A stretch of DNA of 58,126 nt, filler included, from a bacterium (GCA_040757115.1; 3 parts of 3 records of this genome joined end to end with filler, not necessarily neighbours in it), one strand, 5' to 3'; positions 10,091 through 19,756 are shown, counted from the whole stretch's first letter. Notes: a model not told the origin generated them from the sequence alone. Translations and numbers: made by a program.

Positions 10091-10184
10091 AAATCTAAAA
10101 TGTAACTATTTAACCATCTGAAGTGAATAACAGGACTCAAATTTATCTGAGACTGTTGACCAAATAAGAGGAGGTTTAATACAA

Positions 10185-11120
10185 GTGGCAACTTTAAAAG
10201 AATTATCTCATAAGAAAGAACTTTTATCTGGTGGACATCGAGCGTGTGCTGGATGTACCGAACCAATAGCCGTCCGACAAATATTAATGGCAACAGACAC
10301 ACCAATAGTGGTGTGTTGTCCAACCGGGTGTCTTGAGGTGACGACAACTATTTTCCCTTATACTGCCTGGCGGATGCCATGGATACATTCTGCATTTGAA
10401 AACGCGGCGGCAACCATTAGTGGAGTAGAAACAGGGTATAAAGCCCTTAAAAAAAGGGGTAAAATTGACAAAGAGATTAAATTTATAGCGATAGGTGGTG
10501 ATGGTGGAACTTATGATATTGGTTTTCAATCACTATCTGGGGCAATGGAACGGGGACATAATATTCTCTATGTTTGCCTTGACAATGAAGCATATATGAA
10601 TACTGGTATTCAACGTTCAAGTGCCACACCAAAAGGTGCTCATACAACAACTTCACCTGCAGGTAAAGTTATCCCCGGGAAAAAGACATTTCGTAAAGAT
10701 TTAAGCGCGTGTATTGCCGCTCATAATGTTCCTTATGTGGCTCAATCTATTCCCAGTATGTGGAAAGATTTAACCAATAAGGTTCAAAAGGCATTAGCCG
10801 TGAACGGACCTACTTTTATCAATGTTCTGGTGCCTTGTAGATTAGGTTGGGGATTTCCACCTGAAAAGGCGATTGATATTGGTCGAGAAGCAGTTAATTC
10901 TTGCTTTTGGCCATTATATGAAGTAGAAAATGGCGAATGGAAATTAACTTATAAACCGAAAGAAAAAACCCCAGTAAAAGATTGGTTGAAATCTCAAGTA
11001 AGGTTCAAACACTTATTTAGACCGGAAAATGAGTCTATACTCCAGGAGATACAGACAGAAGTTGACCATAATTGGGAAAGACTTCAAAAATTATGTGAAT
11101 TTAGTGTCGGACTTGTCTAA
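10185..11120 (+). CDS. porB: Pyruvate:ferredoxin oxidoreductase beta subunit (TPP-binding)
   Basis: GHRACAGC, TGCLEV, GGDGGTYDIG, DNEAYMNTGIQRS. Confidence 0.9.
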   Translation: MATLKELSHKKELLSGGHRACAGCTEPIAVRQILMATDTPIVVCCPTGCLEVTTTIFPYTAWRMPWIHSAFENAAATISGVETGYKALKKRGKIDKEIKFIAIGGDGGTYDIGFQSLSGAMERGHNILYVCLDNEAYMNTGIQRSSATPKGAHTTTSPAGKVIPGKKTFRKDLSACIAAHNVPYVAQSIPSMWKDLTNKVQKALAVNGPTFINVLVPCRLGWGFPPEKAIDIGREAVNSCFWPLYEVENGEWKLTYKPKEKTPVKDWLKSQVRFKHLFRPENESILQEIQTEVDHNWERLQKLCEFSVGLV

Positions 11121-11158
11121 CTGATTAGGAAGGTAAAGAAGAGGGGGAGACAATTAAA

Positions 11159-11497
11159 ATGGAAGATGACAAATTTAAAAATAAATTGTTTTTCTCCATT
11201 GGTGAGGTAAGTCAATTAACCGATGTTAAATCTTACATTTTAAGATATTGGGAATCTGAGTTTGACTTATTGTCACCTGAAAAAACTGAAACAGGTCAAA
11301 GAAGGTATCGAAAAAAAGACATAGACTTGATTTTAAAAATAAAGGACTTATTATATAAAGAAGGCTATACAATTGCTGGTGCTAAACGATATTTAAAAAG
11401 AAAACAATTTAAAGAAGAAGGAAAATTTATTGAAATAGAAAAAGATTATTTAAAAAAAGAACTTATGGAGATGTTAAAGATAATGGAGAAGAAGTAA
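11159..11497 (+). CDS. MerR-family transcriptional regulator
   Basis: FSIGEVS..ILRYWESEF..RRY..LLY.EGYTIAGA; upstream of tRNA-Pro. Confidence 0.9.
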   Translation: MEDDKFKNKLFFSIGEVSQLTDVKSYILRYWESEFDLLSPEKTETGQRRYRKKDIDLILKIKDLLYKEGYTIAGAKRYLKRKQFKEEGKFIEIEKDYLKKELMEMLKIMEKK

Positions 11498-11515
11498 GGG
11501 AACAAGTTAATAAGT

Positions 11516-11747
11516 TATAGCACTTATTAATCGAAATTTGACATAGATATAGCTATGAAATTCCAAATCACAAATTCCAAATTCCATTTAGTGAATTAGT
11601 GAATTAAGCGAATTAGCGAATTAGTAAAATCTAATCTCTAATTCACTAATCTCTAATTCGCTTTTTGGTATGTGGAATTTGGTGCTTGGGATTTGGGATT
11701 TTTTTACTTATCCACTCTGAGTAAAGTTTTGACTAATAACTGCTATA
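11516..11747 (+). mobile_element. MITE C, 232 bp, TATAG ends
   Basis: TATAGCACTTATTA ... TAATAACTGCTATA; nested inverted arrays (AAATTCC)n and (GAATTAGC)n; near-identical copy at 24452-24683. Confidence 0.88.
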
Positions 11748-11776
11748 TGACTTTATTCTCCCCTCGCTTCGCTCGG

Positions 11777-11836
11777 GGAAAACAAGGCAATGGAGACGGA
11801 TGCTCCTTCGGGGCACCGCTCATCGCCGCATTAGGC
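11777..11836 (+). other. Degenerate attC site upstream of hicB-hicA
   Basis: AAC-AA-GGCAATG...TTCG loop...CATCGCC-GC-ATTAGGC; hairpin with extra bases on the left arm; both core boxes mutated. Confidence 0.6.
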
Positions 11837-11866
11837 ACTTGAATTCGAGAAGAGGAGAAAAAAAGG

Positions 11867-12166
11867 ATGAGAAATAAATACACAGCAATAATTCGTAAAA
11901 GCAAATTTGAATATGTTGCTGTATGTTTAGAATTGAATGTTTCTGCCTGTGGAGAAGATCTTGCTGATGTAGAGAAAAACCTAAGAACGGCAATAGAATT
12001 GTATGAGGAAGATATAAGAAAATATCCAAAAACAGTTGTGTCTTCTATTTCTCCTGAGGAGTTGATAGAGTTTTTGAAAGATACAGAGCCTGAATGGTAT
12101 AAAGAGCCCAAGAAGGGTCTGATATTAAGACCTCTTGAGGTACATGAGGTTCCATCATATGCTTAA
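11867..12166 (+). CDS. HicB-family antitoxin-like protein
   Basis: YTAIIRK..YVAVCLEL.VSACGE..NLRTAIELY. Confidence 0.75.
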   Translation: MRNKYTAIIRKSKFEYVAVCLELNVSACGEDLADVEKNLRTAIELYEEDIRKYPKTVVSSISPEELIEFLKDTEPEWYKEPKKGLILRPLEVHEVPSYA

Positions 12167-12326
12167 GATACCTGCTCTTTCCAGTAAAGAACTTGTCAGA
12201 TTATTGGAAAAAGGGGGAGTAGTATTTGTCAGACAGGGACCAACAGACCATGCTATATATTCAAGGATAGTTGAAGGAAGAAGATATTCTACTCCTGTCA
12301 GGCTCATTTTAAATCACGGGGCGTAG
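12159..12326 (+). pseudogene. HicA-family toxin, C-terminally truncated
   Basis: PALSSKELVRLLEK.G..FVRQG..H; only 55 aa and the stop lies inside tRNA-Pro. Confidence 0.7.
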
Positions 12327-12395
12327 CGCAGCTTGGTTTAGCGCACCAGCATGGGGGGCTGGGGGTCAGCGGTTCGAATCCGCTCGCCCCGACCA
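12317..12395 (+). tRNA. tRNA-Pro(GGG)
   Basis: CGGGGCG stem, CCAGC-ATGGGGG-GCTGG arm, GGTTCGAATC, CCA end. Confidence 0.92.
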
Positions 12396-12424
12396 GGTAA
12401 TTTATCAACTTATCCGGGCTGTAA

Positions 12425-13411
12425 CTATAGTTTGTTTAAAGTTTGAATAAAGGGTTGATAGGCAATACCTTTTTCCGTAATAATTGCTTTAATAAATTTA
12501 TTCGGGGTAACATCAAACGCGGGTGAATAAACATTTATTCCCTCAGGTGCAGTTCTTTTACCAAATCCATAAGTAATTTCGTCTGCTTCTCTTTCTTCTA
12601 TGGGAATTTGTGAGCCATCTTCTAATGACAAGTCAATTGTAGATGTAGGCGCAACAACATAAAAAGGAATATTATGTTCTTTGGCTAATACTGCCACGCC
12701 ATAGGTACCAATTTTATTAGCTGTATCGCCATTTTGGACGATTCTATCCGCACCAACGATAACGAGATTGATTTTCCCTTGTTTCATTACCATTGCGGCC
12801 ATATTATCACAGATTAATGTTACATCAATTCCTGCTTGCATTAATTCCCAGGTAGTTAATCTTGCACCTTGTAATAAAGGTCTTGTTTCATCTGCAAACA
12901 CCTTAATTTTCTTACCTTGTTTTTGGGCCGTGTATATAGCCGCAAGTGCCGTTCCTATGCCACCGGTGGCTAATGCCCCAGCATTACAATGAGTAAGAAT
13001 CGTATCACCATTTTTTATTAATGAGGCACCATATTCACCCATCTGGCGGCATTTTTCTCTATCATCCTCATGAATTGATTTAGCCTCTTTTAATAACGCC
13101 TCTTTTAATTCTGAGCCTTTATGATTTTTCGCACATTTCGCCATCCTTTGTAATGCCCAAAATAGATTAACTGCCGTTGGTCGAGTGCTCTCCAGAAGTT
13201 TAATACTCTGTTCTATTCTATTTACACCCAGGACAACGCCATAAGCCGCGGCAACACCAATAGCTGGTGCCCCTCGGACCCGTAATTTTTTTATTGCCTC
13301 GGCGACTTCATCCACAGTGCTACATTCTAAATAAACCAGTTCCTCTGGCAATTTCGTCTGGTCTATAATCTTTAATTTATCATCTTCCCATTTAATCGTT
13401 TCAACTATCAT
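12425..13411 (-). CDS. mtnA: Methylthioribose-1-phosphate isomerase
   Basis: VRGAPAIG, RPTAVNL, LTHCNAGALAT, DETRPLLQGARLT, ANKIGTY; likely start MIVETIKW. Confidence 0.95.
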   Translation of the reverse strand: MIVETIKWEDDKLKIIDQTKLPEELVYLECSTVDEVAEAIKKLRVRGAPAIGVAAAYGVVLGVNRIEQSIKLLESTRPTAVNLFWALQRMAKCAKNHKGSELKEALLKEAKSIHEDDREKCRQMGEYGASLIKNGDTILTHCNAGALATGGIGTALAAIYTAQKQGKKIKVFADETRPLLQGARLTTWELMQAGIDVTLICDNMAAMVMKQGKINLVIVGADRIVQNGDTANKIGTYGVAVLAKEHNIPFYVVAPTSTIDLSLEDGSQIPIEEREADEITYGFGKRTAPEGINVYSPAFDVTPNKFIKAIITEKGIAYQPFIQTLNKL

Positions 13412-13560
13412 AACCACGAATATTAACATAAAAATTGGGATTTGTCAATTTTTTTATTCTGACCGAAAAATAGACATAGGATAGAAAAAAACGATAAAAC
13501 CCCTTGTATTTTGATGAGTTTTGTGATATAATTATTATAACCACAATGGTTAAAAAAACT

Positions 13561-13777
13561 GTAACCGTTCAGGTTCCTCCAAATATCAAAATGCAAAAAG
13601 CAAATATAAAAATTACATATCAAAATGTAAAATTATCTCTTTCAGCGTTAAAATACTTGAAGTCCTTTTTGAAATTTGATTTGTAATTTTGCATTTTGAT
13701 ATTTGATTTTTGATATTTATTTGTTGTTTCCCCCAAATCCTATTTTGCAGAATCCTATACACCAACTGAACAGTTAC
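13561..13777. mobile_element. IS66-like MITE, 217 bp, with 8-bp TSD
   Basis: GTAACCGTTCAG / CTGAACAGTTAC; flanked on both sides by AAAAAACT (13553-13560, 13778-13785). Confidence 0.88.
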
Positions 13778-14024
13778 AAAAAACTGGTAATGGGGTAATG
13801 AGATAGAAAGAGAGAAGTTGTTTGAATTTGAGGGGATTGAGAGTGATTTAAGGGGGAGTCCGCTGTCTGCGTTGCTGAGGTAAGAGGCAAAAAGACAACC
13901 AAGCCCCAAAACAGGATATTTTTGTCAGTCGTACTATGTCAAACGGGTTAAAAAATGCCTTTATACAGGATAAAGAGGAGTATGACCATTTCTATGTCTA
14001 TTTTTCGGTTTCAAAAAATAATTG

Positions 14025-14120
14025 TTGACATTTGTTTAACACTATGGTATATATATCTCAAAACCCTATATCACCGGGCTATCGAGTCCCTATTAAAAAA
14101 TCTTAATTTGTGCCGTTGTT
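14025..14120 (+). promoter_or_regulatory. Promoter and possible orphan CRISPR leader
   Basis: TTGACA-17 nt-TATATA with extended -10; AT-rich tract ending in GTTGTTGAG upstream of csm genes; leader identity is inference. Confidence 0.35.
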
Positions 14121-14126
14121 GAGTAT

Positions 14127-14408
14127 AGATTCATTGATACATTAAAAAAAGAATTTCTCGATAAAGGAGATTTACTTTACGGTTCATTTGCCACTGGAGA
14201 AATTCACCAAGGAAGCGATATTGACATGGTCATTGTAGGTGAATTTAAGGGTAAGATATTTGAGCGGATAGAAAAGGTGCTAAAACTTACTGATTTACCT
14301 ATCGAGCCGCTTGTCTATTCTGAAAAGGAATTCCAGCAAATGAAGGAAGGCAATCCCTTCATAAAAGAGGTCATAAAGAGGGGGAAGATTTGCTATGCCA
14401 GAGAATGA
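14127..14408 (+). pseudogene. Minimal nucleotidyltransferase (MNT), 5'-truncated
   Basis: In-frame YGSFATGEIHQGSDID motif upstream of the listed ATG; no start codon before the in-frame stop at 14094. Confidence 0.75.
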
Positions 14409-14547
14409 AAAAAACCAATCAGACTACCAATCAATAATGTTAGCCGCACTTTTGCATGATATTGGCAAATTTATGCAAAGGGCAGAGGTTAAACTGAGTG
14501 CCCAGTCAGAAAGGATGAAGGAATACTTATGCCCTAAACATAAATAA
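14395..14547 (+). pseudogene. cas10: Cas10 N-terminal fragment carrying the HD motif
   Basis: MPENEKNQSDYQSIMLAALLHDIGKFMQRA...; stop TAA falls inside a 73-bp insertion. Confidence 0.9.
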
Positions 14548-14614
14548 TGGATAGTGTGTAGTTTTCCCTCCCAGTCAGTCAGAAAGGATGAAGGAATACT
14601 TATGCCCTAAACAT
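14503..14614 (+). repeat. 39-bp direct repeat enclosing a 34-bp unique insert inside cas10
   Basis: CAGTCAGAAAGGATGAAGGAATACTTATGCCCTAAACAT at 14503-14541 and 14576-14614. Confidence 0.95.
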
Positions 14615-17026
14615 CCACCAAAACATCCCAATGATGATGGTTATTCCCACAAACATACCCTCTGGACAAATGAATTCTTTGAACCTATAGTTTCAAACCT
14701 ACCTCCTGAAATCAATAAAACCGATGTAGTTAACCTATCAAGCTATCACCATAAGCCAGCCACAGATCTACAGACAATAATTCAAGAGGCTGATTGTTTA
14801 TCTGCTGGTGTAGATAGAACAACCAACGATGAAGAAGATGAGCAGTTTGGAAAAGATGCTTACAAAAAGAGAAGGTTACGAGCGATATTTGAACAGATTG
14901 AATTAAATTATCCTCTGAAACGAGACGAGAAAGGTAATCTAAAAAATATTTATCGTTACGAACTATTACCATTAAACTTACAAAAGCAAACTATCTTTCC
15001 TAAAAAACAGAGTAAACTTAGTCCACCTGAAGGTGAACTTTTAATAAATGAATATAATAACCTCTGGAAAGGGTTTATTAAAGAATTTAACCAGCTACCT
15101 GTTGACAACTTTGACCTCTTCTTTAACTCCCTTTATTATCTTCTACAAAAGTACACCTGGTGTATCCCTGCTTCAACTATTGACTTCCCAGATGTATCCT
15201 TATTTGACCACCTAAAGACTACTGCGGCTATCTCCGGATGTCTTTATAAATACCATTTACAAAATGAATCTTTTAATGAACAATCTATTAAAAATAGAGA
15301 TGTAGATAAGTACCTTTTGGTTTGTGGGGATATAAGCGGAATCCAGCAATTTATTTACAAGATTTCCTCCAAAGGAGCGGCAAAGGGATTAAAGGGAAGG
15401 TCATTCTACCTACAGATACTCCCAGATGCTATTGCTCACCATATCCTGCATAACACAGGGTATCATATAGTAAATCTGCTATATTCTGGTGGTGGTAAAT
15501 TCTATCTCTTGTTAGACCCCAACTCTGAAAACACCTTAAAGGATATTGGTAAAGAAGTTAACACCTATTTGTTGGAGCAATTTCAGGGAGGCGTATATCT
15601 TGCGTTAGGATGGTGTCATCTTAAAGGGAGTGATTTTGCTAAAAGGGAGAAGGTGGAAAGTGAATTTTATCTAAAATGGCAGGAATCTACCCGGGAGGCA
15701 AATAAGAAAAAAAGGCAGAAGTTCTCAGAATTTCTATATAATGAGGTTTTTGGTATTTTTGGTGAAGGAGCTGAAACGAAAACCTGCGAGATATGTAAAA
15801 ACGAAATAGTTGAGAATGAAACAAAATGTCCTGCTTGTGTCCTAAACGAAAAGATTGGGACAAGATTGGCAAAAGTAGGTAGAGGATTTATGTTAGAAAC
15901 CTATAACCAGGAAAAGGAAATTGATGAAGAGGGCTTTATTTTTGAACTATTAGGAATAAAATACTATCTTATCTCCAAAGATGAGATAAATAATATCAGA
16001 TCTGAACATGCAATGCTTTATACCATAAATACTACTGATATGTCCTTTATAAGGAAAGATATTACCTCTGGCTTCAAATTTATTGCTGGGAATTTCGCTC
16101 CTTCAGATAAAGAGGGAAATATTTTAACCTTTGGTGAATTAGCACAAAATTCCTCTGGTGGCTTAAAGAGATTAGGAATATTAAGAATGGATGTAGATAA
16201 TCTTGGTCAGATATTTATCAAAGGCTTGGGCAAGAAGGCTTCTATATCACGGGTAACTGAACTTAGTAGAAAATTGGAACTTTTCTTTGGGGGGTATCTG
16301 AATGAAATTGTCCAACAACAAAGTTATGACAATAAGGTTTATATCGTATATTCAGGTGGAGATGATCTCTTTATAGTAGGGGCATGGGATGTAATGCCTG
16401 AATTGGCAAGAGAGATACAGCAAGAATTTAAAACATTTACTTGCTCAAACCCTAATATTAGCTTATCTGGAGGTATTACCTTAATCCCTGGGAAATATCC
16501 CATCTATAAAGGTGCTGAATTAGCAGGGGAATCTGAAGAAGATGCAAAGAATTACAAAAGAAACGGAAAAGAAAAAGATGCGTTATCTTTCTTAAATACA
16601 GTAGTAAGCTGGAATGAATTTGAGGTAGCTTATGCAATTAAAGATATGCTGGTAAAATCTATAAAAGAAGGGAAAATAGATAATCTTTCCGGAGAAAATG
16701 TGTATCTAAAAAAGGGAATACTTGAACGATTGAGGCAAATTTATTTACTCTATCAGAAGAATAAAAATTTCTGGGAAACCAGGCAAACACAGATTAGTCA
16801 ACAAGAAATGCAAGAAAGAATTTACTACAACCAATGGTTATGGATGATGGTCTATTCCTTAGAAAGATATAGAGAACAGAATAAATTGTTTCAAGAGGAG
16901 GTGAGTCAGCTTATCCATGCTATCCTCGGTAAAGAATTTAACGGAATAAAGTCTGACCGCGAGGTCATTGATTTTATCAACTTACCTGCCCAGTGGGCAG
17001 AATTTTTAGTTAGAGAGGAGGGATAA
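14588..17026 (+). CDS. cas10: Cas10/Csm1 main body, lacking the HD motif
   Basis: DVSLFDHLKTTAAI, GDISGIQQFIY, LKGRSFY, MDVDNLG, YSGGDDLF. Confidence 0.93.
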   Translation: MKEYLCPKHPPKHPNDDGYSHKHTLWTNEFFEPIVSNLPPEINKTDVVNLSSYHHKPATDLQTIIQEADCLSAGVDRTTNDEEDEQFGKDAYKKRRLRAIFEQIELNYPLKRDEKGNLKNIYRYELLPLNLQKQTIFPKKQSKLSPPEGELLINEYNNLWKGFIKEFNQLPVDNFDLFFNSLYYLLQKYTWCIPASTIDFPDVSLFDHLKTTAAISGCLYKYHLQNESFNEQSIKNRDVDKYLLVCGDISGIQQFIYKISSKGAAKGLKGRSFYLQILPDAIAHHILHNTGYHIVNLLYSGGGKFYLLLDPNSENTLKDIGKEVNTYLLEQFQGGVYLALGWCHLKGSDFAKREKVESEFYLKWQESTREANKKKRQKFSEFLYNEVFGIFGEGAETKTCEICKNEIVENETKCPACVLNEKIGTRLAKVGRGFMLETYNQEKEIDEEGFIFELLGIKYYLISKDEINNIRSEHAMLYTINTTDMSFIRKDITSGFKFIAGNFAPSDKEGNILTFGELAQNSSGGLKRLGILRMDVDNLGQIFIKGLGKKASISRVTELSRKLELFFGGYLNEIVQQQSYDNKVYIVYSGGDDLFIVGAWDVMPELAREIQQEFKTFTCSNPNISLSGGITLIPGKYPIYKGAELAGESEEDAKNYKRNGKEKDALSFLNTVVSWNEFEVAYAIKDMLVKSIKEGKIDNLSGENVYLKKGILERLRQIYLLYQKNKNFWETRQTQISQQEMQERIYYNQWLWMMVYSLERYREQNKLFQEEVSQLIHAILGKEFNGIKSDREVIDFINLPAQWAEFLVREEG

Positions 17027-17028
17027 CC

Positions 17029-17439
17029 GTGCAAAATCAGGAAAGAATCTGGACAGAGCAACAGATTGAACAAATTATTAATGGTGACACAAAACAATTG
17101 GTGGCTACTGCAGAGAAGTTGGGTAAAGATTTGTGTGATAAGAAGGATGAGAGGGGTAATATTTTGTCTAAGGGAATGACCAAATCACAGATTAGGAATA
17201 TCTTTAATTCTGTTAAGCAGATGGAGATGAAAGGCTTCAATCCAAAAGATCTGTTATTGCTAAAGCCTAAACTGGCTTATGCTGCAGTTCGACCAGGAGC
17301 GACAAACGGAACCAGAGTGATTAAAGATATTCTTACTAAAGCAATTGATAAGGTAGGTGATGACGCTAAAAAATTTGATAATTTCTGCAACTTCTTTGAG
17401 GCTATCCTGGCTTATCACAGAGCCGCAGGCGGAAAATAA
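17029..17439 (+). CDS. csm2: Type III-A small subunit Csm2
   Basis: TKSQIRNIF, LKPKLAYAA.R, FFEAILAYHR. Confidence 0.93.
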   Translation: MQNQERIWTEQQIEQIINGDTKQLVATAEKLGKDLCDKKDERGNILSKGMTKSQIRNIFNSVKQMEMKGFNPKDLLLLKPKLAYAAVRPGATNGTRVIKDILTKAIDKVGDDAKKFDNFCNFFEAILAYHRAAGGK

Positions 17440-17450
17440 AAGGAGGTGTT

Positions 17451-18209
17451 TTGAAGATGGATAACGATTTTAAATTACTCAAGAAGATATTTATAACTGG
17501 CACAATAGAGGTAAAAACAGGGCTTTGTATCGGTGGAAGTAGTGTAGGATTAGAGATTGGAGGCGCAGATAAGGTTGTGGTAAGAAACCCCATCAATAAT
17601 CAACCCTATATCCCAGGCTCATCACTTAAAGGAAAGATGAGAAGTTTATTAGAAAGATTTGAGGGGAAAATGAGTATTAAAGAGAAAAAGGATGAAAAAG
17701 GCAACATCATTGGCGTGAGTGCTGAGCCTTGTGAATGTGGAACCTGTTTAATCTGCCAGATTTTTGGTCTTCCTGCAGAAAAAAAGGGAATGCCAGCCAG
17801 ACTGATTGTTCGAGATGGAATGTTACAAAATCCCGAATTGCTTGAAAAGAGTAAATTTACTGATATGCCCTATGCTGAGATTAAAGCAGAGGTGGTAATA
17901 GATAGGATTACTTCTGTCGCTACACCAAGAACCTTTGAACGGGTGCCAGCTGGTGCAAAGTTTAATCTTAACCTTGTATGTAATATCTATAACGGTGATA
18001 CAGAGTCAGATATCTTAAAGAAGATATTTGAATCACTTATCAAGGTTCAGGAGGATTATTTGGGAGGAAGTGGCACAAGGGGATATGGAGAGATAAAGAT
18101 TACAATCAATACGCCACTAAAATATAAAGACCAAACTGTCTATGAAGGGGATAATAATCCAAAAAGTATACAAAATAATAGCCTTATCCCTTCTCAGCTT
18201 CTTTCGTGA
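17451..18209 (+). CDS. csm3: Type III-A RAMP Csm3
   Basis: TGLCIGG..IGGADKVVVR, PYIPGSSLKGKMRSLLE, YLGGSGTRGYG. Confidence 0.95.
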   Translation: MKMDNDFKLLKKIFITGTIEVKTGLCIGGSSVGLEIGGADKVVVRNPINNQPYIPGSSLKGKMRSLLERFEGKMSIKEKKDEKGNIIGVSAEPCECGTCLICQIFGLPAEKKGMPARLIVRDGMLQNPELLEKSKFTDMPYAEIKAEVVIDRITSVATPRTFERVPAGAKFNLNLVCNIYNGDTESDILKKIFESLIKVQEDYLGGSGTRGYGEIKITINTPLKYKDQTVYEGDNNPKSIQNNSLIPSQLLS

Positions 18210-19210
18210 GGAAATGGAAGATGGAAGATATAACCGCATATAAACTTGAGTTTAAAACACCATTACATCTTGGTCAGGAAGGGATTGGATTAGAAAAGAC
18301 TGATATGATAATCCATTCAGATACCCTCTTTTCAGCTCTTCTCTCTTGTTGGAACCTATTTTATGCTGATGACTTGGAAAAGGAAATAATTAATAATCCA
18401 CCTTTTATCATCTCTTCTGCTTTCCCCTTTAGTAAAGATGACTATTTTCTTCCAAGACCTATGATAAGGATAACCCTGAACCAAGAGGTTCAATCTAAGC
18501 AGATAAAAAAGATTAGATTTATCTCAAAGGGGCTATTTGAAAGGATAATTATAGGTGAGGAGGTCTTGTTCACGGAAGAAAATACTCTACAAGGTGGTTT
18601 ATTCTGGACAGAAACACAAGACACATCTCAAGGAATATTTAAAAAGCGGGAGGTTCCCCGGGTAAGTATTGACCGACGAACAAATACCTCGGATATATTC
18701 TATTTTAATGAGCTGGTATTTACACAAGGTTGTGGTTTATTCTTTTTGGTTAAGTTCTTATCTCCCCAGATAAGACAAAAATTTGAAACGGTGCTAAACC
18801 TCATGGGAGATGAAGGAATAGGTGGTGATAAGCATCTGGGAAAGGGTGTATTTGATGTATTAAAGGATGAGCCGTTCAAATTAAACACACCATCACAAGC
18901 TAATCACTTTCTTACCCTCTCTCTGTTTCATCCTACAGAAGATGAGATAAAAAAAGGACTTCTTAATAATTCAAGCTATGAACTCATCCTTCGTAGGGGT
19001 TGGCTTCACTCTAAAGGTGCAATGAGCCTTAAGAGAAAAAGCATACGAATGTTTCTTGAAGGTTCTGTATTTAAAGAATTTGGCCAAAAGGGTTATGGCA
19101 ATATCCCAAATGTCCTGGAAAAAAATGAGGAACTAGGGACTAACCATAATGTCTATCGTTATGGAATAACCTTTAATATTCCTATCAAAGTGAGGGACAA
19201 TTATGAATAA
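18206..19210 (+). CDS. csm4: Type III-A RAMP Csm4
   Basis: PLHLG, HSDTLFSAL, ISSAFPF, GIGGDKHLGKG, EGSVF; start may be ATG at 18221. Confidence 0.92.
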   Translation: MRKWKMEDITAYKLEFKTPLHLGQEGIGLEKTDMIIHSDTLFSALLSCWNLFYADDLEKEIINNPPFIISSAFPFSKDDYFLPRPMIRITLNQEVQSKQIKKIRFISKGLFERIIIGEEVLFTEENTLQGGLFWTETQDTSQGIFKKREVPRVSIDRRTNTSDIFYFNELVFTQGCGLFFLVKFLSPQIRQKFETVLNLMGDEGIGGDKHLGKGVFDVLKDEPFKLNTPSQANHFLTLSLFHPTEDEIKKGLLNNSSYELILRRGWLHSKGAMSLKRKSIRMFLEGSVFKEFGQKGYGNIPNVLEKNEELGTNHNVYRYGITFNIPIKVRDNYE

Positions 19211-19349
19211 ATATAATATCTCTGTTTTAAGCCCAATTCATATTGGAAATGGAAATAAATTAAGCACGATAGATTTTGTCTATGACAATAATACCCTTTG
19301 GATTATTGACATTGAAAAGGTTATACTCGATGTTCAAGTTTTTGGATAG
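19203..19349 (+). pseudogene. csm5: Csm5, truncated after about 40 native codons
   Basis: MNKYNISVLSPIHIGNG RAMP start overlapping the csm4 stop; stops after 48 aa, 100 nt before the contig end. Confidence 0.8.
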
Positions 19350-19449
19350 GACTCAATATGATAGAAGTTTTTGGCACGAATTAGCTAAATAAAGAAAGGT
19401 CTTTTGCCGATAGTAGAAATAGTGTGAAGACACGAAATTTACTATTCGG
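19322..19449. mobile_element. Probable IS end interrupting csm5
   Basis: Apparently non-coding sequence starting TATACTC at the truncation point and running into the contig break. Confidence 0.4.
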
Positions 19450-19549
19450 NNNNNNNNNNNNNNNNNNNNNNNNNNNNNNNNNNNNNNNNNNNNTTAATTA
19501 ATTAANNNNNNNNNNNNNNNNNNNNNNNNNNNNNNNNNNNNNNNNNNNN
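19450..19549. other. Artificial contig linker
   Basis: 44 N + TTAATTAATTAA (stops in all frames) + 44 N. Confidence 0.97.
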
Positions 19550-19670
19550 GTGGAAAACAACAAATTTCCATAAATTTCTATTAGTTTCTATTAATTTCAA
19601 TTTTTTTAATAATATCTCCCTATCTCCTTAATCTCCACATCTCCTTTTGTTACACCACCTGAACGCTTAC
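19550..19670 (-). mobile_element. MITE A, partial copy at contig edge
   Basis: Identical to 2-122. Confidence 0.9.
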
Positions 19671-19756
19671 TAAAATCGGAGTAACTATTCACCGCAGAAA
19701 CGCCAGAGTTCGCAAGGACGAAATACTTCGATTATCATCCTAAAATGAGAGTATAA

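Noticed and set aside
14503-14614. Calling the duplication a functional CRISPR array
   Set aside because: Only two copies, the repeat is cas10 coding sequence, and it has no palindrome or typical repeat end; reported as an insertion instead
19494-19505. TTAATTAATTAA palindrome between N runs (also 38912-38923)
   Set aside because: Artificial contig linker; no biological adjacency can be inferred across it
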